Assembly (NCBI GenBank): GCA_003344405.1
Contig: NOWV01000194.1
Location: 1-64,000 of the forward strand
Direction of reading: 5' to 3'
Length of the DNA: 64,000 bases
Source: Trichoplax sp. H2
Lineage: Eukaryota
Shown: one piece after another, positions 1 to 13,200 of the stretch
How the letters are laid out: the number at the start of each line of letters is the position of its first letter
Numbering within the stretch: position 1 is the stretch's first letter
The notes under the pieces: generated by a model
What the model was told of the DNA's origin: nothing
Databases searched by the model: none
Seen by the model: only the letters and a program-made list of their open reading frames with translations
Made by a program: the position numbers and the translations under genes

Positions 1-1719
1 CATTAAAATATGTCTATCGATATATTTATCATGTCTGGTATAATCCAATGACACTAATTGCTTCTTAATACTATTTGTTGTAATAATTTTAATAATTTAT
101 CTTATTTCTTTCTATTCTCCTACTATTTAGTGTGCCATCTTATTTTATTCTATTCTTTCTAGTGTATCGTTACGCTGTAGTTAACGTAAGATCTATGGAA
201 CTCTATTATCCAATGTTAGTTTAATATTGAAAGCAAAGATTAAATTATTCATCGCCTGCAATAAGTGATAGGAAAATATATCTTTGGAAGTTATCGTATA
301 ACAGTTACATCCTCATCTCAACATAGTTGATGATAACAGTTAGCCATAAGCTAATATAAACCAGCCACTTTCAAATTCTTTTCACTAAATTGAATGATTA
401 TGATATTATCGAATCTACGATATATGGATAGAATCTGATCTTATTCGAATTGATAATAACTTAAGCCTGTTATCTTACTCTATACTTCAACGCAACTTAG
501 CAGACTCGTGTAATACGAATTCAGAGATAGTCTTAGTAATTTATATAATTATCGAACATTGCTCGAGCTCGATTGTATTTCTGTTGATCAGGATAAATTC
601 TCTGGTATAGTATTGTATGACGAATCAACGTCAAGATGGTATTTATGATGTATCTACTTTCGAATTTTAAGTGATTCTGAAGCATGCAAAGAGCTTAATC
701 TTATTAATTTTGATTCTAGTAGATGCTTCCCAGATTTTGTGTGTGTGTGAGTTAGAAACGTTGAAGCTATTATTGCTAGTAGCCATTTAGCAAATTTTAA
801 GTGCTTTTGGGCAGACTAAGCGAGCTAGACTTTATTTCTCTTGAATTCTATGAATAACTCTAATGATAGTTAAAATTCAGCCAACATAAATGTAATAAAA
901 GTATCTCACAAATAACTATCTTAGTCAAATGGTATTTTCTAAAAGGTTTTCATTACAAGGTTTTAAGAACAGTAAAGCAATAGTTAGTTACCACAAGAAT
1001 CTAGTCTAAAATCTAAATATATTACGAGCTCAAAGTGAAGTAAGGTCTTTAGTGTGAGCTCATGGATGCAGTTCTTAAATACATTTCGTTAAATCCATTC
1101 ATGACAACATAACTGACTATAATCAAATTTAAGTCATCAAACTGAATACTTTTCCTAAAATAGAACATCATTATCTTTTACATTCCGAATCATTCTATTT
1201 AAGACGTCACTACTGTTCTATTAATGTCTAGCACCTTTCAGAGTCGGGCATCTTCTGAATTACAATGTTTTTAGTCACATAAATCTAATGCCATAAATAG
1301 TCAACTGGCTAATAATGGTCATCAACAATTTCTAATATAGTAGTTAGCCATCATCTAATATTAGCGTCACGATAATATCTATTCTAAGGAACCTAAATAT
1401 ATCGAATATAGTTATCAATATAATCAGATATGGGTTATATCACTAAAAAAGGTATCAAGATCTTCAAATACTTTAAAATCTACTAGTGCAAACTCCCGTC
1501 GCTTTACTGACGGTTTACGATAATGTGCTCATTTAACATTTTTTACGATTATGATGTGATCAACTGATATCAGGATGATTTTCATCAAATGAATTCAAGT
1601 ACTTAATTGCACCTAAGGTGTTGCTGGCACCAATCAGAATAGCTTTTAATTATTATTGTACCATAACTGTCCATAAGCATATTTTAAATATATTATTTTC
1701 TACACAATATGTAATTACT

Positions 1720-2280
1720 TGTGATAAAATCCGATCACGAATATTCCAAGTTGTAGAAAATTAGAACTTTATTAGGTCTAATACAAAGACTAGCTACACA
1801 CAGCTCTACTCTAGCCAAATACAACGACTGAAAGACTTCTAGAAAGAACAATCATATAATTTAATGTCTCTTGCTTTTATACTCTCCGTAGCCTTGGCAG
1901 CTACAATCAGCATAGCAGCATTCTACCATAATTTACACGTTGTCAAACTATTATTAGCAACAACATTTTGCAGCTGGTCATCATTAATCCAATATGGAAA
2001 CAACTACAGTATTTCCGTAGATACTATTCTTAGAAGTCAAAGTATGGTAAACTAAGCATATGCTAATATATGAATTACAGTTCTACTTTTCCTCTAGTCT
2101 TAATTGTAACTCAACACCTTACTATATATAGTCATCTGTACTGTAGCATAGAATCTACCATTCCAGTCTATCGTAGCGAGCTATCAAATACGTCTTAAGA
2201 AAAATATAGAAAGTTGCGCTTCCGTACATCTTACTGAACATAGCTAAAAGTCTAAAATCACAAAACTAAGTTTCGTTACA
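1720..2280. mobile_element. Solo-LTR-like insertion, 561 bp, TG...CA termini, 5-bp target-site duplication
   Basis: Starts TGTGATAAAA and ends TTTCGTTACA (imperfect inverted ends). Flanked by TTACT at 1715-1719 and 2281-2285. The paralogous site in unit B (6723-6727) has a single TTACT and no insert. Confidence 0.75.
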
Positions 2281-3471
2281 TTACTACACTGTTTTTGTTT
2301 TAATTCTCGGTCCAGTCAATCTTATTTTCACGGCTCACTTTCAAACTGTATTTGTATTCGAGGGTAAACCACTCAGAATCTTATATTTCATTGATATTCT
2401 TTTACTCCTTGTAAAGCGAGATGTAACTAATTATTCTACAAGCCTATTTTACACATTATCTAGGAACAAGCTTGTAATGATTCACGCTAATTACAATAGT
2501 TATGTATTAGGAGAATACAGTGATAGTACAGCATGTATTAAGAATCCATATAATACAAAGTCCAATTCGACTCATTATTTAATTGCATCCTATTTCATCA
2601 ATAATGGTACTCAAGCGTGTAAGTAATTAGTTGATTAAAACATTTAAATTAAAATTAGATAAAAGAGAGTCCTTCACTTGAAGATGGTTTACTTTCTATA
2701 GCGGTGTAGTCTCTAATTGCTGTTGTAGTATAGTCCCTAATTTGTACTTATAGATCAGTTAAAGTAATTTTCCGAAGAAGCATAGCATCTTACTTATTAA
2801 TTGCCAGCTAATTTCGAGAAAAAACTGACTAGTTAACTTAAAATCTAAAATTGGCAACAATACAATTAATTAAACGGAAAAGAAACTGCAAGATACGCGA
2901 AAGTCATTCCGTTCGCTTATCCATAATTTACTTTTTCTTATGTTTCAAAGATGATGCATAATGATCCTAGTGTCGCCAAACTGTATATTCATCAGACGGA
3001 ATTAGCGTTTTAGCTTTACTTAGACACTTCAAAACTTCTAAGCTTCTATTTTTTCGAATGATAAGAACTCAATGTTCATTTAAATTAGTAACATTCCTGT
3101 CTTACTTCTTCGTTGTTATAGTGCTACAGTATTTAGGATGTGCTATTATCGAAAAAACCCTTTAAAACTGTCTTATTAAGGTGGCCTAACATCAGAGATT
3201 ATACGAGTAATGTGATACTAGATTAATGACAACTTATAGATCTAAATATAGTTAAATCACAATGTATGCAAGCAGAAAATTTCTTCTCCTAGAGTCAGTT
3301 AGTTTTATTCTTGGTTGGAGAAGCAGTTCACGTAATAAAGTAAGCTTTATAAGCTTTCAGATTTTGATTATTACAGATTTTGAGACACATTATCACATCA
3401 TATTGTAATAATCCTAGATATAAACTTGTTTAGAATTTTAAATGGCAAATATTAAGTTCTGCTACAGTACC

Positions 3472-3542
3472 GGTGTAACAGTCCAGACTATACCCCTTCC
3501 AAACTATACCCTAGACTGGGGTATAGTCTTGACTGTTACACC
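3472..3542. mobile_element. 71-bp palindromic (MITE-like) element
   Basis: Arms GGTGTAACAGTCCAGACTATACCCC (3472-3496) and GGGGTATAGTCTTGACTGTTACACC (3518-3542) are 24/25 reverse-complementary around a 21-nt loop. Absent from the paralogous site near 8414-8417, which retains only CCGG. Confidence 0.65.
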
Positions 3543-4509
3543 ATTATTAGAAAGAGTATTAACACTCCAAGATGATCATAGGCTGTTGCAATAGAGTATG
3601 CTTAATTTAACTACTTTTAGATCAAATTTACTACGTTGAAATCTCACAGAAAGTCTATTAAGGTTGCTATAGAATCTATCTTCACGTTCTCTATGGGAAT
3701 ATTGTAATTTATAAGACTAGACTGGATTTCTAACAAGAGATCTTGAATGGAACATCTGGCATCCAATTACTCGTATACAAACATTTCACATTTTATCTTG
3801 TACACAAATATTCTATTAATAATTTATAATTCATTTAAATCGGTGTATCATAAAATAAATTAAAATAAATTAGATATTGTGATTTCTTATAATCTTTTCT
3901 TTTAGTTACCGACTAGTGCCCTACACATTGTACATAGGTACAAATCTGCGTGGTTTCATATCTTACGTTATAGCGCCAGATAACTAAGACTCACGAATAG
4001 TAACAACCACAACATTTAAACAAACTTGTTTAATTGTTAAAATATCCGAATATGTGAATCCAAAAGGTAGGATAGCGCTAATAAAGTAAGTACGACTCAA
4101 GACCTGATTCTTTTTCTGCATATATTATACGTACGCAATTTATCTTACTCGTATATTATAGTCTTATTTTTTTCCTACGTATCTCACCCATTTTATTTTT
4201 TTATCTCTTGAACTGATATTTGATCTTATTCTTTGCTACGCTTATTAATCATCTCATTCATTGCGGCCATTTTTCATAACCCTACATATTGTAATCTTTA
4301 TCTCATGCTATAATCTTGACCCTACTTTGAATTTTTCCTTAGTTATTAGGTAAAAGAGAATCGACTTGTATTAATAGCCAATTGAAGAGATGGATATTGG
4401 AGACTTAATATTATTCATATTGGTATCATAAATCTAATTTCATATTAGACAAGAAGTTGCCATATCTCATTGATTAACTACTGTAGTCTACCTAAAAATT
4501 GAATTCACC

Positions 4510-5460
4510 ATGTCTAATATAAGTTATATAACCAGTCAAACTTCTAACAGCAATAACTTCCAACTAATTAGAGCCCAATCTATTGTCGTTTATAGCGTTA
4601 TTTCAGGACTAACTATCTTGACTAACGTTTCTATGCTGGTATTAATTATATCTGAGCGTAAACTTCACACTATGTCAAACTGGATCATGGCTAGTATCTT
4701 CTTTACTGGAATTATCTTTGGCCTATTTTATTTATTACCTCGATGGGCACTCCACAATCTGTGGGTTTATAAAGATCCAATCGCATGTACCGTTCTACCC
4801 CAAACAGGCTTGGCATTAATTCTTAACTTTAATTTACATTTAACATTAGTCAGTCTAGATCGATACTTGTGTGTTATGTTCCCTATTAAATATAAAATAA
4901 GGAAAACTTATTTAACTGCCACGTTATCAGTAGTTACCATCTGGTTATTGAGTATTTTAAGTGCTTACTTACCCCTTATTACAATACTAATCCCTACAAC
5001 TAATCGTTGTCGTACGCTTACAGTAACAAACCCTCTCCATCAACCTTACTTAATCAGTATTTTCAGCGTTTTGTTTTTCTTTCCATTGCTTGTCTTACTT
5101 GTAACTTATACACAAATCTTATTCGTTGTTAACAATCATCAACGTAACAAGATTACGTCTCGACGTATTGATATACGAAACTCAGCTATTAAGCGCAATA
5201 TTCGAGCAATCAAATGTATGGCAATTATGATCGGTGTCTTTATCGTATTTTGGATGCCCTATATCGTTATCATTCTAATGTTTTCTTCCTCCTTAAATAA
5301 TTCATTTTTAAGAGTAGAATTACTACGCCCCTCGCAGTATTTAGCTTTTTCCTATCCAGCCATAAATCCTCTCCTATACGCCTATGTTACAGCCAGTTTA
5401 CGCCGCGAAATTTGGAAAAGACTTCGCGCTACAAGGTTTAGCAGTATTACATTTGGTTGA
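4510..5460 (+). CDS. Intronless class A (rhodopsin-family) GPCR, 316 aa
   Basis: Seven hydrophobic segments, TM1 Asn (LTN), SLDRY, FWMPY (CWxP-like) and INPLLY (NPxxY); Cys at the top of TM3 and in ECL2. Confidence 0.95.
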   Translation: MSNISYITSQTSNSNNFQLIRAQSIVVYSVISGLTILTNVSMLVLIISERKLHTMSNWIMASIFFTGIIFGLFYLLPRWALHNLWVYKDPIACTVLPQTGLALILNFNLHLTLVSLDRYLCVMFPIKYKIRKTYLTATLSVVTIWLLSILSAYLPLITILIPTTNRCRTLTVTNPLHQPYLISIFSVLFFFPLLVLLVTYTQILFVVNNHQRNKITSRRIDIRNSAIKRNIRAIKCMAIMIGVFIVFWMPYIVIILMFSSSLNNSFLRVELLRPSQYLAFSYPAINPLLYAYVTASLRREIWKRLRATRFSSITFG

Positions 5461-8400
5461 CTGCCTAGTAATAATCGCGATAATACTATACATTACATAC
5501 TGTAACTATCTACTGTTAACAGTTCTACTACACAAGTCTAAAAGTAAAAATTATCAGCTTATAATATTAGGGTACTGCTTTCAGTGTCGAACAAGCAAAC
5601 TGCGTGATTAAATGACTGATAATGTTAAAGTTTAAACGTTACGTTTAGTCATTAAAATATGTCTATCGATATATTTATCATGTCTGCTATAATCCAATGA
5701 CACTAATTGCTTCTTAATACTATTTGTTGTAATAATTTTAATAATTTATCTTATTTCTTTCTATTCTCCTACTATTTAGTGTGCCATCTTATTTTATTCT
5801 ATTCTTTCTAGTGTATCGTTACGCTGTAGTTAACGTAAGATCTATGGAACTCTATTATCCAATGTTAGTTTAATATTGAAAGCAAAGATTAAATTATTCA
5901 TCGCCTGCAATATGTGATAGGAAAATATATCTTTGGAAGTTATCGTATAACAGTTACATCCTCATCTCAACATAGTTGATGATAACAGTTAGCCATAAGC
6001 TAATATAAACCAGCCACTTTCAAATTCTTTTCACTAAATTGAATGATTATGATATTATCGAATCTACGATATATGGATAGAATCTGATCTTATTCGAATT
6101 GATAATAACTTAAGCCTGTTATCTTACTCTATACTTCAACGCAACTTAGCAGACTCGTGTAATACGAATTCAGAGATAGTCTTAGTAATTTATATAATTA
6201 TCGAACATTGCTCGAGCTCGGCTATATTTCTGTTGATCAGGATAAATTCTCTGGTATAGTATTGTATGACGAATCAACGTCAAGATGGTATTTATGATGT
6301 ATCTACTTTCGAATTTTAAGTGATTCTGAAGCATACAAAGAGCTTAATCTTATTAATTTTGATTCCAGTAGATAAATTTTAGAGCTTTTAGGCAGACTGA
6401 ACAAGCTAGATTTCCTTTCTCTTGAATTTCCATAAATAACTTCGATGTTGGTTAGAATTTAGCCTACTAAAGTATCAAGATTTTCAAACATTTTTCAAGT
6501 CTATAATAATTGCTTTGGCATATGTAGAAGATCATTGTTATAGTTATTTTACATATATCTGCATACTGCTCTGTTATAATGTGATCCACTCACATTAAGA
6601 TGATTTTCATTAAATGAATTTACCTAGAGTGTTGCTGGCATTAATCAGGATAGCTTTCAATCATTATTGTACCGTAAGCATATTTTTAACTTAAACATAC
6701 TATTACTTTAGACAAAATGTAATTACTACACTACTTTTATTTCTAATTCTCGATCCAGTCACTTTGATCTTCGCTGTCTCACTTTCAAAAAGGTATTAAT
6801 TCTATATTAAAGTATAAGCCATCAGAATTTTACATTTCATTGATATCCTTTTACTTCTTTGTAATACGAGACATAACTAATTATCCTACGAGCGTAATTT
6901 GCACATTATCTAGGAACAAGCCTATAATGATTTCAGCTAATTATAGTAATTATATATTAGGAGAATACAGTGATAGTGCAGCATGTATTAAGAACCCACA
7001 TATTACAAAGCCAAAGTCGGCTAATTATTCAATTGCATCCTATTTCATCAATATTGGTACTCATGTGTGTAAATAATTAGTTGATGGGAATATTTAGATT
7101 AAAATAAGATGAAGGAGAGTACTTCACTTGAGGACGATTTACTTTCTATTGTGATGTAGTCTCCGATCTTCTCTGTAGTTTGGTCCAAAACCCTAATTTG
7201 TATTTATAGACCAGTTAAAGTAATTCTTCGAAGAAGCATCACATCTTACTGGTTAATCGCCAGTCAAAGTAGAGGAAAAACTGACCAGTTAACTTAAAAA
7301 TCTAAAATTGGTAACATTACAATTAATTAAACGGGAAATAAACTTAAAGGCGTGGATTCTATTCCGTTCGCTTTTTCTTATGTTTCAAAGATAATGCATA
7401 ATGATCCCCATGTTGCCAAATTATTTATTAGATGGGATGAGTATTTAACTTTACTTAGACACTTCAAAGCTTCTATTCTACTAACATTGCAGTCTTCTTC
7501 TTTATCACGATACTGCAGTATTTAGGAAGTTAATGTGTTATTATCGAGATAGCCATATGTACTAATTAAGCTTACAAACTTAATTCTGATGTGGATATGA
7601 CTTCGTAGTTCCAGTTTTGGTAAAAGTTTGCAGGAAGAACTAATTAACCAACCCTCTTTCCTTAAAAATTCCTGGCTTTTATGCACTCGATGGCGGATTA
7701 TACTTTATTAGAGTTTCTACAGAATCTATAGTAAGCCCTTCCTAACACTTGGAAGTCCTAATCAAAGACGTTCTTCCCCATGACCCTAACATAGCTATTG
7801 TATGTCATATGTACTGCACTAATCTTAGCACTTTTGCAATGTTACTTTACAGACTGCATGTACTAGTAATGTCAATAATCCTAGTGAAACATTTGTATCG
7901 AAATCTACCGTAACCGTAGAGATAAATTATAGTTATCATATGTAGTACAGCTCCTAAAATAGCTTAATAGATTGTAGGAAATCGCTAGATAATATGTAAT
8001 AGTGTAAGATTCACACGATATGTGTAAGAATTGAGATTAAATAGAATCTCAAGATCGTATTAAGCGCATATCTGTGCTAAATAGTTACATTAAATATTGT
8101 AGCACTTATTAAAACTGTTTTGTTAAGGTGGCCTAACATCAGAGATTATACGAGTAATGTGATACTAGATTAATGACAATTTATAGATCTAAATATAGTT
8201 AAATCACAATGTATGCAAGCAGAAAATTTCTTCTCCTAGAGTCAGTTAGTTTTATTCTTGGTTGGAGAAGCAGTTTACATAATAAAGTAAACTTAATAAG
8301 CTTTCAGATTTTGATTATTACAGATTTTGAGACACATTATCACATCATATTGTAACAATCCTAAATATAAACTTGTTTAGAATTTTAAATGGCAAATATT

Positions 8401-9331
8401 AAGTTCTACAGAACCGGCATCTTAGAATGAGCTTAAATGTTCCCAAGATAGCCATAGACAATTATGTTGGAATATGCGTAATTTAACTACTTTTAGATCA
8501 AATTTATTACGTTGATATCTCACAGAAAGTCTATTAAGGTTGCTATAGAAGCTATCTTCACGCTCTCTATAGAAATATTGTAATTTATAAGACCAGACTG
8601 GATTTCTAACAAGAGATCTTGAATGGAACATCTGGCATCCAATTACTCGTATACAAACATTTTTACATTTTATCTTGTATACAAAAATAATATTAATAAT
8701 TCATTTAAATCGGTGTATCATAAAATAAATTAAAATAAAATAGATTTTGTGATTTCTTATAATCTTTCGTTTAGTTATGGACTAGTGCACTACTTATATA
8801 GTACGTAGGTATAAATCTGCGTGGTTTCATAGCTTACGCTATAGCGCAGGACGGCTAAGACTCGTGAAGAGTAACAGCCACAACACTTAAAACAAACTTC
8901 TTTTATTTGTTAAAATATCCGAATATGTGAATCAAAAATGTAGGATATCATTAATAATGAAAGTATTATACTTACGCAATTCATTCTATATCATAATCGT
9001 ATTTTATTCTGCATATCTCATCCATCTTATTACCTCTTGAACTGATATTTGATCTTATTTTTTGCTACGGTTATTATTCATTTCAGCCATTTTCTGTATC
9101 CCTACATGGTGTAATCTTCATCTCAGTTATAATCTTAACCCTACTTTTAATTTTTTTTCCTTAGTTATTAGGCAAAAGAGAATTGATATGTTTTAATAGC
9201 CAATTGAAGAGATGGATATTGAAGACTTAATATTATTCATATTGGTATCATAAATGCAATTTCATTTCTAGACAAGAAATTGTCATAGCTCGTTGATTAA
9301 CTTACCTACCTACCTAAAAATTTAATTCACC

Positions 9332-10282
9332 ATGTCTAATATAACCAATCAAACTGGCAATGGCAGTAACCTCCTTTCAAATGGAATAGCTCAATCTATT
9401 ATCGTTTATGGAGTTATTTCAGGATTAACTATCTTGACTAATATTTCTTTATTGGGATTAATTATATCTGAGCGTAAACTTCATACTACGTCAAACTGGA
9501 TCATGGCCAGCATGTTTTTTACTGGAATTATCTTTGGACTATTTTATTTGTTACCTCGGTGGACACTCTACTATCAGTGGCTTTATAAAGACCCAATCGC
9601 ATGCACCGTTCTACCCCTAACAGGCATCGGATTAATTATTAACTTAAATTTACATTTAACATTAGTCAGTCTAGATCGATACTTGTGTGTTATGTTTCCC
9701 ATTAGATATAAAATAAGGAAAACTTGTTTAATTGTAATGTTATCAGTGGTTGCCGTCTGGTTATTGAGTATTTTAAGTGCTTATTTACCCCTTGTTACAA
9801 TATTAATTCCCCTACCCGATCGTTGTGCTGAATTAACCTCAAGCAACCCACTTCATCAAGCTTACTTAATCCTTATTTTTAGCGTTTTATTTTTCTTTCC
9901 ATTGCTTGTCTTAATTGTGACTTATACACAAATCTTGTTCATTGTTAACAATCATCAACGAAATAAAATCATGCACCAACGAGGTAGTACACCAATCTCA
10001 CTCATTAAGCGCAATATTCGAGCAATCAAATGTATGGCAATTATGATTGGTATCTTTATCCTATTTTGGTTGCCCTATATCGTTAGCCTTTTCATGTTTT
10101 TTTTTCCTGGGTTGGTTACGTCTACAGCACAAGAATCTGTACGTAACTTACAGTATTTAGCTTTTTCCTATCCAGCCATAAATCCACTCGTTTACGCCTA
10201 TGTTACTGCCAGTTTACGTCGCGAAATTGGGAACAGGCTTCGTGCTACATCTACATTGCTTGATAATATTATATTTAGTTGA
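9332..10282 (+). CDS. Intronless class A (rhodopsin-family) GPCR, 316 aa, paralog of 4510-5460
   Basis: Same motifs (SLDRY, FWLPY, INPLVY) and collinear with the first copy. Confidence 0.95.
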   Translation: MSNITNQTGNGSNLLSNGIAQSIIVYGVISGLTILTNISLLGLIISERKLHTTSNWIMASMFFTGIIFGLFYLLPRWTLYYQWLYKDPIACTVLPLTGIGLIINLNLHLTLVSLDRYLCVMFPIRYKIRKTCLIVMLSVVAVWLLSILSAYLPLVTILIPLPDRCAELTSSNPLHQAYLILIFSVLFFFPLLVLIVTYTQILFIVNNHQRNKIMHQRGSTPISLIKRNIRAIKCMAIMIGIFILFWLPYIVSLFMFFFPGLVTSTAQESVRNLQYLAFSYPAINPLVYAYVTASLRREIGNRLRATSTLLDNIIFS

Positions 10283-13200
10283 CTGGCCAGCAATAATCGC
10301 GCTAATACTGCACCCAATAAATCTACATAATCCAGCTGTTGATAGTATTACTGCCAAGATTGGAAACAAATATGATTCTAAGGCTATGCGTGTATTGTAG
10401 TAGCCATACTTTTATAATTATCAAGGAGACATTCTTTGGCAATCATCGCGACGGTATACCGGTATATTAATAATATACGTAATAACAATATGGCCTACTA
10501 GTTCCTAATCTTGATTCGTGAATACTTCTATTAAAAAAGTATAGATCCTTGATTAATCATGTCTTGAATCGAGGTTATGTATGGAAAGGCTGGTGTCGAT
10601 AAGATTACTATCGAACTATCTTATGCTAAGTTAGATCGATTTCATATAATCGGCTAATGCTTCATCTGTGTAACCATTTAGTCTTTAATCTCACCTTATT
10701 AATATAAACATTTAGCAATTTGAACTTTTTTTTTAAATTTTTTAGCCAATTCTAGTGTCATTTTAATTATTTTGTCAGCATTGATCCAATTGCATTGTAT
10801 GATGTAGGTATCATTCATTTTAAGATAAATATCACCTTGAATTCGGTTGATGATCGTCCGTTTATTGGCAATAGATTAGATTTCATGTATTGCTAGCAAA
10901 TTATAGCACCCTTGATGCAAACCCTCACTTTTCTAATGTAGAGGTTCATTTGTTTAAGGATAACGAACTTGATTGCTTGGTTGCTCATTTATCGTTATGT
11001 AATTTTTAACATCGATGAAATGCGATAAAATCCAAGTGTAGCTAATACATGCTATAAGATTTTGATGATGGCTTCTTGATAAATTTAGACGAATCGGCGA
11101 AATGCGTGATGAATATTCTATATTAGAAACAGATGCTACATAGGATATACTCTATTTCATGTTGTGTATTATTAATAATAAGACAAGAAAGATACGGTGA
11201 ATATTCTTAGCAACAGATCATAAGGTTGCGATAACTTTGGTAAAGAAAAGTACTCGTAAAATAGTGTACTTTGGTTAGCTGGTGCAAGAAAAATTCATAG
11301 ACTTTAGTTACTCGGAGATTGAATCTTGAAAAGGAATAAAGCAAAGCAAATAATTTGATCATGCCATTTATATGCTAACAGATGGGAACGCTAATAGAGT
11401 TTATTGAAAAAATATCCATTAGTCTCGTGAAGATAAACCGACTAATATAAGGAATAGAAGCTAGTGTTATACGTATATTGTAAGAGTTGGTAATAGTATA
11501 TTTATGCAAGATTAGATATCTGACATGGTTTGTATAAAAGAAAATGAAAATTAAAGGTTATACAAGTATGTGTCAGATAATAACAATCAACAGCAAAGGT
11601 AAGAGAAAAGACGTCCGATAATGTTTGACCAATGTGTTGAAAAAAGCCATTAAAAACAGATAGGAGCATGCCATCACGAAAGTACTCTTATGATATTTTC
11701 TTTACATAAGCACTACTGTATTAATTAATGAAGTAATCTGAATAATTCAGGATAAACTTAAGGTATTCTATTAAACAAAATATCTAGACTAACATTTAAG
11801 ATGTGCCGTATTTATAAAAAATAAAAATAACGAAATGAGCAAATTATTAAAAATAAACTTCAAATAAAGGAAGCGATAAATTATGTTATAACAGCGATTT
11901 ATATGTTTCTAATACAATTTTTTTTCAACTTACCTTCCATATCCATACACTCACTTTAGTTAGTATCAAGCTTGCAATTGTAAAGCAAATATTAGCAGGA
12001 CAAATCACTTTATTGGAGGTTACGTAATTTTGTTCTTTGTCTAATTTTATTGTTCAATGCAAAAGTCTGCTTATGCAAGTATCATATTTAATCAAATCGT
12101 TTAACGTTAACAATACGCAAAGATATTGTATCAAAATAAAAAAGGAGTATTCAATTATTGGGCTTTAAGTCATAGGAATTAAAATTCACGATAAACTGTT
12201 AATTACTTAAAGAGATTTAAGAATACCGGCTTGGACTTAAAAAAAAATTTTTAATTTTTATTATTGGTTTAATTTGTAGACCAGCTCAAGCAAATACCGC
12301 TTAATAATTTTGCGGTCTGAATGATTGTTTTATTAAAATAGAACTAGTATCGAAGAGACATTGTTATAATCTTCTTAACCCGGTTGATAAATTAGCTCAA
12401 CAGCTGAGGTACTCTATCTTACATACTTGTAAGTACTTCAATGTATTATAGAATTGAGTTCTTATATTTTGTAGATTCATTAACTAGCACAAACTTACTT
12501 TTCCAGTGACTAGCTCGGTTCAATCAACTAACTAGCCAACTCGCTGAGCTGAACTAACTGAACCTTGAGCTACCGTTACGCAGTCGTCCACATTCTGTGC
12601 TATAGATCTGTTTATCATGTAATAAATTCCAGTCAATTCTCAGCTAGAGAAGTGCTTCTGATAAGACTATGTATAAACGAAGTTGATATAAAGTGGCATC
12701 AAAAAAGATTGTCAAACTGAGAATTATAGATCGTTGTTAGATTTGAAAGATCTACTGTAATGTAATACGATTTGATGTCAATGAGTTTAATTACCTAAAT
12801 TTATAAAATACCATAACACCGACTAAGCTTAACGACATGTTTTCTTTTTAGATACTTTGATCACAAAAAAGATGAGAATATTGATTTAATATTATATCAT
12901 GTTTTATATGTAGCGTTACTTTAGAGTTTCACGAATGATTTTATAACTTTAATTTATGCTAATAAATGTTCTTGTTATAGTATGCAAAAGTTAATGCTGT
13001 ACAATAGTAAAGATAAAGCGTAATCCTAAACTTTGTATAACATCAAATATAAAATTATAACTTATATGAATGCTGCTATTACCGGAATGATATAAATCTG
13101 GATTGCATGATCATGATGTTAACGAGATTTTATCGACGTTAAGACTTTACTACGACAGCGAATGAAATTCATAAGCCACATCCGAATATTTTTAGCCTAA

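Larger units (their letters stand above)
1..10320. repeat. Tandem segmental duplication of a GPCR locus (unit A ~1-5649, unit B ~5650-10320)
   Basis: 1-723 matches 5650-6372 (offset 5649) with only about 7 substitutions. Further collinear, more diverged blocks include ~2290-3150 vs ~6730-7545, ~3165-3460 vs ~8110-8407 and ~3600-5490 vs ~8480-10310. Each unit ends in a GPCR ORF. Confidence 0.95.

Noticed and set aside
1864..2055. 63-aa hydrophobic ORF
   Set aside because: Lies within the solo-LTR-like insertion and has no recognisable domain.
5384..10400. Overlapping short ORFs at the 3' ends of both GPCRs (5384-5611, 10200-10400)
   Set aside because: Alternate-frame by-products; their similarity reflects the duplicated GPCR sequence and ends soon after the stop.
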